Source of the DNA: the human T2T-CHM13v2.0 reference genome, Homo sapiens
Length of the DNA: 64,000 bases
Reading direction: 5' to 3' (one strand)
NCBI RefSeq assembly: GCF_009914755.1
Contig: NC_060939.1
This document shows positions 54,268-64,000 of the stretch, piece after piece (within the stretch, counting starts at the first letter, position 1; each line of letters opens with the position of its first letter). The notes beneath the pieces were generated by a model, which saw only the letters and a list, made by a program, of their open reading frames with translations, did not search any database and was not told where the DNA came from. A program made the translations under genes and the position numbers.

Positions 54268-56650
54268 CTAGTAATCAGCTGGTTCACACCAGCACAGCTG
54301 TACCAGTTGTTAGGACATTGAAATTCTTTTATTTTGTTTGGTACATTGTTACTGTCCCAACCCTCCCATATCTTTGCCATCACTCCCCAACTCTAATTGA
54401 AATCCCACTATATGGCAACTAAACCAGCAGTGACCATAAGGACTCTGCTCCATCCTGATTGGTCAGTGCTTATGTTGTGTAGTTGATAAACGTGTTGTAC
54501 AGATTTGTGTATGTGTGTTTATGTGTGTATGTGGTATATATGTGGTTATATATTTATATATGTAATATTGGGTCTATCATCACACATGCAAACCAAGCCA
54601 CATAGTAAGTAAAGTCTTTTTAAAAAGTTTTGAGTGATGAGAAGTGCCCTTTAGAGGGGTGTGTGAGTGTGTGCTTTCCATATATACATGTACATAACAT
54701 AGTCATTCCTTTGCCTCTTCCCCCTTTTCCTGTGTTTGTGGCTTCTTCACCTCTTCTACCTCCAATCATTGCCCACTCTTTTTTTAAATTCTGACTTCTG
54801 GTCCCTATCTCTTTACCTCTTCTGAAATGCAATCAGCGTGTTTCTAAGTGTCAGAGTTGTTAGGGAGCTGTGCTTGAATATATCTTAGATAGCATTTTTA
54901 CAGCAAATCTGTTTTCTCTCCATAATATCTAGCCTGGGCTTTAACACTCTGCTCAGTCATTTGAGTTAATCTTTAGGTAATCTCTTTAAAACAAATTTTA
55001 CCAGAAGGATTTGGGTTTTGTCATTTTATTCAGTCTAATTGGAGCAGAAAGAACCTGTTCTTTCTTCTTACACTGGGATGAGGTGTAGTGTATGCTGTCT
55101 CTCTTTCCTTCTTCATTCTGGTGAGGGGCTTTTCTGTATTAATGTTTCCCTGAAACACCTGAGACACCCATCCATTCACTTTTTCTTGCCTTTCATACTA
55201 TTGCTCTATTGCTTATTTCTTAAGGAGTATGTATGAAAGGTTTTACTTTAATCTGCATGGGGCAGGGAAGAAAGAATTCTGAATGCTTAGAAAGGTTCTA
55301 CCTTTCTCAATGCAAGGGAGGTTGTGCTAAGTCTCACAACTTTGCTTACAGCAGATTCTGCTCAGATATCTGTTGTATGATTATCCCAGAAGTGAACCCA
55401 AAATGGCTTGATTCTGTGGAAATGCTTCTGTTTTTATGATACGAGGATTTTTCTGCTGCTTCTCTTGGAGACTAGACCATCAGCCCTCTCGCTTATGACT
55501 TCACAATTTAAGTTGTCACAAGCCTGCAGCTGACTCATTGTATTGTCTCACATTGGAACTATTGTCTAGTATTTCCAGTAGTTATTCTTAGGACTCTAGG
55601 GGATGGTGTGTGGTCATTTTCTATTTTCAGTAATAGAAAGCGACTAGTGGTAGGAAGGTACTAGGTTCTGCAGCTTTTAAGTGATTTATTTGTTCTTGCA
55701 TTCTATTTATCTGTTTACTCTTTCCCTTTCCCAAGACTGTGAGCTTCTTAAAATTGGGACAGTGCCTCTTAGAATTGTAAGGCCAGCACCTACCATAATT
55801 AGGTTAAATGATCTTTCTAAAAGACTGCATTTAAGAGAAATCACTGCTTTCAATTTCAGATGCTTTCCTTTGGCCTTATCCTGTCACCTGCACTCTTTAT
55901 AAATTGCAGGGATTGTGGCTGCTTCACTATATGGAGTGAAATGTTGTGTCTTTCTCTAATAAAACAGGAGGAAAGCCAAGCCTTCCCTAAGGTTTTGTGA
56001 CTTCAACTGTTGGGCAGTGAAACGTTTCACTTTGCCTCAAAGCTCAGACCCTGCCTCATTTAGGCACATAGTTATGGTGATTTACTAAGTTCTTTATTCT
56101 GCCTCATTCATGCCTTGGCAAATTATATTCACATCGAGCAATCTAAATGAATTTTTGAGCTGCTATTTATACCAACTGCTGTTAGCTCAAGCCTCAGGAG
56201 TATGTTAATTTTGTTGGGTCTGCGTAGATCACCACAAACATGACTCTCACAACCTGGCCACTTTAAAACCTGAAGTGCCTTGTCTTTTCTAGAGAAGATT
56301 GCCCCAGTAATCTGCTGAATTGATGCTCTCTGTAAAGACCTTACAGGCATCTTAATAAAGAACCCCCACTCTTTTGAGATCGTTGAAACCTACATAACCT
56401 CAGTATGACCATGGAAATCTAATGGGGTATCAGCAGTGGTTTCTGATTCTATCACACTGAGAGTAGGTAGAAGTAGAATCCTATTGTGCTAACTCTCAGT
56501 AACAGTAGTGACTACCTGGGGCTAATCCATAAGCTACTTCCCCAAATTGAAATATGGCAGCCACATTCTTGAAAATTGGAAGATAACGGCCAGGCGCAGT
56601 GGCTCACACCTGTAATCCCAGCACTATGGGAGGCCAGGACGTGCAGATCA

Positions 56651-56953
<303 letters not shown>

Positions 56954-58019
56954 TCACCAATAAGCGCCTTTAAAAAAGAAACTTGTCTTAACGAATTTAG
57001 GAAGAGGAAAGTAAGTCACCTCCACTACATCATACATCATCTCTATCCACAATAGTCAACTCAGACTATGCTGTGAGGCTTTTGTTAGCTGTACTAAGGA
57101 AAGTAATCACAACATTCATTATATTTCTGTGTGAAAATTTGCTTTTAAGTTCCCAGCAACTGATTTAACATTCAAGTTTTAGGATATCAGCTAGTGAGAA
57201 ATGTAGATTGCCTGTAGTGACTTCTGGCTTTAAATGTGATGAGTCAAAGATTCTGGTTAAAGTAAGACTTGACAGTCTTAAAAACATTAGTAGTCATAGA
57301 GAACGTTAACTTCCTCTGAACATTGTTGGCAAAGGAGGCTTTCAAATAAGTACTGCATATTCATATATATACCCTGGCCCTTGTCACCCTGTTAAAGTCT
57401 CTGGACCCCTTCCCAGTCTGTCTGGGCCTCTTGCCCCTTCTAGCTGTTCACAACTTCCTGAACCACTTAAATTCATCTTTATATAATCTTCACCTACATG
57501 TGAGCCATTTCCCTTATCTTATGACCTTTACCAGTTTGTTTGTTTTTGGAGACCGGTCTATACTCTTGACTGGAGTGCAGTGGTAAGAACATGGCTCACT
57601 GCAGCCTAACCTCCTGGGCTCAAGCAATCCTGCCTCAGCCTCCCTAGTAGCTGGGACTATAGGCGTGCACCACCATGCCTGGCCAAGCTATGTTTGTTTG
57701 TTTGTTTGTTTGTTTGTTTGTTTGTTTTTAGAGAGACGGGGTCTCACTATGTTGCCCAGGCTGGTCTCGAGCTCCTGGGCTCAAGCATTCCTTCTGCCTC
57801 AGCGCCCCCAAAGTGTTGGATTACAGGTGTGAGTCACTGCATCCAACTTTTTACCAGTTTTTTGATGCCTCCTTCTTCCATTTGACTAACCCACGTGTCT
57901 CATATTTTTTAAGCCTGTTCTTCCATATTTAATTGAGTCTAGGAAGCCCCCTTCTTCACATGTATGTTACATGTACCCTGATTTCATGACTTTAATATTT
58001 TGCTTTTAATGATATGTAG

Positions 58020-58110
58020 GAAATCCAGGATGAGTCAGCTGTGTTATGGTTGGATGAAATTCAAGGTGGAATCTGGCAGTCCAACAAAGACACCCAAGAA
58101 GCACAGAAGT
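58020..58110 (+). CDS. IQGAP1: IQGAP1 exon 16 (91 nt; EIQDESAVLWLDEIQGGIWQSNKDTQEAQK)
   Basis: atgtag acceptor, gtatgt donor. Confidence 0.97.
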
Positions 58111-58287
58111 GTATGTATCACCTGTTTTATTTCTGTTTTGGTGGAGGCTGGGGTGACAAGGTGCTCCGTACAGCTTGACCAAGATAGGTATGGGGGAACA
58201 ATTTGCCAGTAGATATAGTTAGGTGAAGCAGTATGTGAATTTAGACACTCTCTAAACTATTCTGGTAACAGTTCTTTCCCGAAATAG

Positions 58288-58455
58288 TTGCCTTAGGAAT
58301 CTTTGCCATTAATGAGGCAGTAGAAAGTGGTGATGTTGGCAAAACACTGAGTGCCCTTCGCTCCCCTGATGTTGGCTTGTATGGAGTCATCCCTGAGTGT
58401 GGTGAAACTTACCACAGTGATCTTGCTGAAGCCAAGAAGAAAAAACTGGCAGTAG
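58288..58455 (+). CDS. IQGAP1: IQGAP1 exon 17 (168 nt; FALGIFAINEAVESGDVGK...AKKKKLAV)
   Basis: aaatag acceptor, gtgagt donor, phase 1-1. Confidence 0.96.
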
Positions 58456-58803
58456 GTGAGTTCTGGGATAATACATATGTGCCCTGAAGCTAACCCTTGA
58501 GTATATGAGGGGACAGATGTAGAGGAAAGGGATAAGCTATAGGGAAAGACCTTTTAGCATAGATGTACAGTACTTAGGCTCATTTTAAAGGAGATAAAAT
58601 CCCTATTTTTGAAAATATCCTTCCCCCCCCCCTTGTGGACAGCTGTGTTAATAAGGCCAATTTTCTGAGAATGTGGGAAAGATTAAAATATTTAACTGTT
58701 TATCTTTCACAGAGTAGCAGTAGCTCTGATTAAGCCTATAGGCAATTAAAAGTAGTTTGTCTGTAAAAAGAGGGAAAGAAATAAGATTTCTTACCCCATT
58801 TTA

Positions 58804-59185
<382 letters not shown>

Positions 59186-59468
59186 TTAAACTTTGGCTTT
59201 GGAGTGAACAAAGTTAATCATGGTTAATTCCATAATTGGACTTCATAGGTATTTTCTTCTTATAGACATAAATGAGCTAAATTAGTCATTACAAAGCCAT
59301 AATTTAATGGGAGCTTAGCATGCCCCTTTACTCTCACAGATCCAAGGAGCAGCTTTTGGAGTGGTCTTCATTTAGACTGTGAGACTAACTAATAATCCTG
59401 CAGTTCTGGACGTACAGCTGGGGAGTGTGGCTCTGGATGTCTTCTATCTTTCCTTTATTTTCTGCCAG

Positions 59469-59611
59469 GAGATAATAACAGCAAGTGGGTGAAGCACTGG
59501 GTAAAAGGTGGATATTATTATTACCACAATCTGGAGACCCAGGAAGGAGGATGGGATGAACCTCCAAATTTTGTGCAAAATTCTATGCAGCTTTCTCGGG
59601 AGGAGATCCAG
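59469..59611 (+). CDS. IQGAP1: IQGAP1 exon 18 (143 nt; WW domain GDNNSKWVKHWVKGGYYYYHNLETQEGGWDEPP...SREEIQ)
   Basis: tgccag acceptor, gtaggt donor; W...YYYY..N......W..P WW signature. Confidence 0.97.
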
Positions 59612-62380
59612 GTAGGTTACCTTTCTTCACGTAAGAAGAAGCTGAGAGAAAGTGTTTTCAAGCTATAATATTAATTAAGAGGAACAGGGCATGTGGTCAG
59701 AAGCCCTAGACTAAAATTGAGGTTATGTAATGAGCTGTTTTGCGGTAATTTTTTTGTAGTAGTTGGGGGAGTGACTGAGGCCTGAATTTGTAAAACATCT
59801 GAATTATAGAATTAAGTGATATAAACCATATGCTAAGAAAAGTTAGATGATCTATAAAAGAAAAATGAAAAGTTGCTAACTCCATTAAATGCAACTATTT
59901 TAATCTCTCCCAGTTTATATTTTCAGTCTCTCTTCTAACTGTTCCACAAATTATATTAGCTACAACCTGCACTTTCAAATAAAGTTAGCATTTTCATAGA
60001 GCTTTTAAAGTACTTTTTCATCTTCTGTGTCTTTGTGTCTTTGCTTATACTGTTCCATTCAACAGTTTTTGTTTGTTTGTTTGTTTGTTTTTTGTTTTTT
60101 TTTTGAAACAGAGTCTCACTGTGTCACCTAGGCTGGAGTGCAGTGGTGCATTCTCGGCTCACTGCAACCTCCACCTCCCTGGGTTCAAGCGATTCTTCTG
60201 CCTCAGCCTCCCGAATACCTGGGATTACAGGCATGCACCACACCTGGCTAATTTTGTAATTTTAGTAGAGACGAGGTTTTGCCCTGTTGGCCAGGCTGGT
60301 CTTGAACTCCTGGCCTCAAGTGGTCCACCCGCCTCAGCCTCCCAAAGTACTGGGATTACAGGCGTGAGCCAGCACACCCAGCCCATTCAACAGTTATTTG
60401 TTGAATACCTCAAATGTAGCAGGTACTCTTCTAAGGAATGGGGATATAGTCATGAACCAAACAAAGTCTCTGCTGTCATGAGATGTCTCTCCCCTGCCAT
60501 CTATATCTGTCAAAATTCTTTCCTTCCCTTTGTACTGATTGTTGGTATCATAAAAGAAAAAAATTCAGGCTGGGCATGGTGGCTCACACCTGTAATCCCA
60601 GCACTTTGAGAGGCTAAGGCAAAAAGACTGCTTGAGCCCAGGAGTTCAAGACAAGCCTGGGCAACATGGTGAAACCTCATCTCTGCAAAAAATACAAAAA
60701 TTAGCTGGGCATAGTGGTGTGTGTCTGTGATTCCAGCTACTTGGGAGGATGAGGCAGAAGGATCACTTGAGCCCGGGAGGTCAAGGCTGTAACGAGCCAT
60801 GATCACAGCAGTGCACTCCAGCCTGGGCAACAGAGCAAGACCCTGTCTCAAAAAAAGGAATATTTAATTTAAAAATTCAGTCCTCCAAGCACACCCATCT
60901 CAAGTCACCTCCTCTATGAATCTTTTTAAAATTTCCTTTCCTTACCCCCTTCATCTTCCTTTGAAGCTCCCAAAGAACTTGGTATTCATTCAGAATTTAA
61001 TGTACTTGGATTCGAATTTTAGTGACATTTGTGCTTGTCTATGCCCCCTAGTAGTTTTTAAGGTGAGCTGCTAAGTTTGCAGTACTTTCTCAAAGGGGAA
61101 GTTACATTGTCATTGATGGACTGTTGAGGACTTTTAAGTTTTAACTTGGTGCTGCACTCCTGTTACTTAAACCAGAGTTGTTTAATGAATGTTAAAGGGG
61201 AGGAATATATACTGGGGGAAGATGCTCAGTAAGCTCCTGTAGGTCGTTAGACATATTACTAACAGACATTCAGGATTCCTAGAGAAAAACGACAGTAAAA
61301 GATTTTCAAAAGGTCATTTACTTCCCTTTGGCAATATTTCCCAAATCGTGTGTGGAACAAGTCAAAAATACACCTGTGGAAAAACTGAAATAGTCCCTTT
61401 ATTTAGGAGTTAACATCAGATGGGTGATTTCTACCTTGTGGTTAAAGTTCTCTTTATATGGTGGGTTACAGTCTCTTACCCTTCCAGTGTTTCATCTTCA
61501 TTGCTAATGATTTCACAGGTGATGAAATTTAAATTCATTGAACTCTGTTCTGGGCATTGAGAAGACAGAAATATGTATCAGAGAGTCTCTACCTTCCATT
61601 GTTTCACAGTGTTGTGAAAACAGCAGACACAAAACCGAGTACTGTAATGTAAGGCAGAGAGAAGTGGTGCTCTAATCACAGCACAATAAGGGAAGTCTTA
61701 AGGGAATTTTTCATTTTGTCCTGGAGTAACATAGCGTAGATAATATTTTAGCAGCTGAGGAAAAAAAGAAAAGGCTGTTCTAGACAGAAAGGGAAAGTTA
61801 AGGATGAGCTTGCTGAAATTATAAAAAGGAAGTAGGAGAGAAAATAGAAAAGGAAAAAGCACAGAGTACTGAAAGGACATGGACCACTGAAGGAGAGGCG
61901 AATGGTGTATTACCTGGCACGTGGTAGGAGTGGCAGGACAAGAGGCCCAGGTTGAAGCTTGAGGGCCTAATGTGCTGTGCTAAGGAATTCAGGGTACAAC
62001 TTCTAGCAGAGTGATTTTTAACTCTTGTTAGTTCAGGGACACCTTTGAGAATCTTATTAACCTCCACAGAAACACTCATGTTTGAATAGTGTTTTGCATA
62101 TATGGACCTAAGAATTTAAACAGGGAAGGGATGCTACCTCATTTTCAGCATGTGACCTGACCTCTTACCTCTCCTGCCAACAATAGTGGCGATCACATAT
62201 AGATCCTCCCACTCTACTCACCACTCTGTACTTTGAACTTACTTGGATTTTCACTGATTCCTTCTTCATTTTCTCTCTGGAGGAAACAGCTATCCTTTCT
62301 AAAGCTCATTATTGATCTTACTGCTTGATTTCATCCTCTCCCAGTTCCTTGCAGACCTTGTACTTTTTGTGCTCTTCCTC

Positions 62381-62536
62381 CAGTGCTTGTCAGGATTTAA
62401 TGTCTGTCTGAATCACCTGGGATCTTGTTAAAATGAAGGCTCTGATTCTAGTGCGAGGTCTGAGAAAATCTGTTTCTGACAAGCTTTCAGGTGATGTTGA
62501 TGCTGCTGGCCCAAGGACTGTATTTTAAGTAGCAGC
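62381..62536. mobile_element. MER5-like hAT MITE nested in L2-like sequence
   Basis: gaatcacctggg.atcttgttaaaatg...ggtgatgttgatgctgctgg motif. Confidence 0.7.
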
Positions 62537-63149
62537 CTACATACTTAAGCATCTTTATTTCCCACATCTTTGAAAAAATAATAATACAAAATTTTTTTAA
62601 AGCCCATGGAATTTCCCTGATCTGGCCTCACCTACATTCATACTCTTGCTAAGGGCCTTGAAAGTTAGTCTACTCGTCACTAATTCACTCTCTGTTACCA
62701 TCCACTTCTTGGCTCACAGCAGTGTGGTTTCCTGTCCAGCTTTTACTTAGTAAAACTCTTATTTTAGAATTCATCAATAACCTTTTAATTGCCAAATTCA
62801 ATTCTGAGCACTCATCATATTTGACTTGTCAAAAGTCTCTTCCTCAAACCCTCAATTCCTTTGGCTTCTGCCATCCAACTCTCTTCTAATTTTCCTGCTT
62901 CTAAATGTTCCTTCTTAATCTCTCTTGCTACCTTCCTTTCTCGACCTCTGCTTGAATTATACAAAGAGTCCATTGGCTGCCTTCTCCTACACATTCTTCC
63001 TGAGTGATCTCTTTCAAGCCTGTGGCTCTAGCCCTTACCCTTGTGCTTGTGACTCCTAAATCTGTACCTCCAGACGTTAGCCCTTTTCCCCACCACCAGG
63101 TTTTTGCCCTTCATTTTGCAGTCCAGAAGTCCAGCAGACACCTCAAACA

Positions 63150-63930
<781 letters not shown>

Positions 63931-64000
63931 TAACCATTCTTACTGCTGCTGCCCTTGTTCAAGCCCAGGCCATCTGTCACTTGGATCACAATAGCAGCAT

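Noticed and set aside
60073-60609. 178-aa ORF and the many 60-120 aa LECSG/PASASQ ORFs across the window
   Set aside because: Translations of Alu consensus

Overview
Primate genomic DNA, human or near-identical, inside the IQGAP1 gene on the + strand. Sixteen consecutive GT-AG coding exons (exons 3-18 by my recalled numbering, 2023 nt, about aa 52-726) splice into one open frame. They encode most of the calponin-homology domain, the six IQGAP-specific repeats and the WW domain. The first 18 kb is the end of intron 2. Introns are dense with Alus (about 40 copies), L1PA/L1M, L2, MIR, L3/CR1, solo LTRs (MaLR, MER21, MER4-like) and DNA-transposon MITEs. I see no new gene, RNA gene, CRISPR array or novel multi-gene system. 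The best sequence-level observations are: (1) two inverted L1PA copies about 6 kb apart share perfectly identical tracts with non-consensus bases, suggesting gene conversion and an inversion substrate; (2) a twin-primed L1 carries an apparent short 3' transduction; (3) inverted Alus flank exons 6-9 and 8-9, and the 264-nt exon 8-9 circle has a stop-free endless ORF; (4) exon sizes and phases mirror the protein repeats; (5) several tandem or cryptic splice sites, one creating an immediate TGA. Repeat subfamily names and boundaries were assigned by eye and are approximate.
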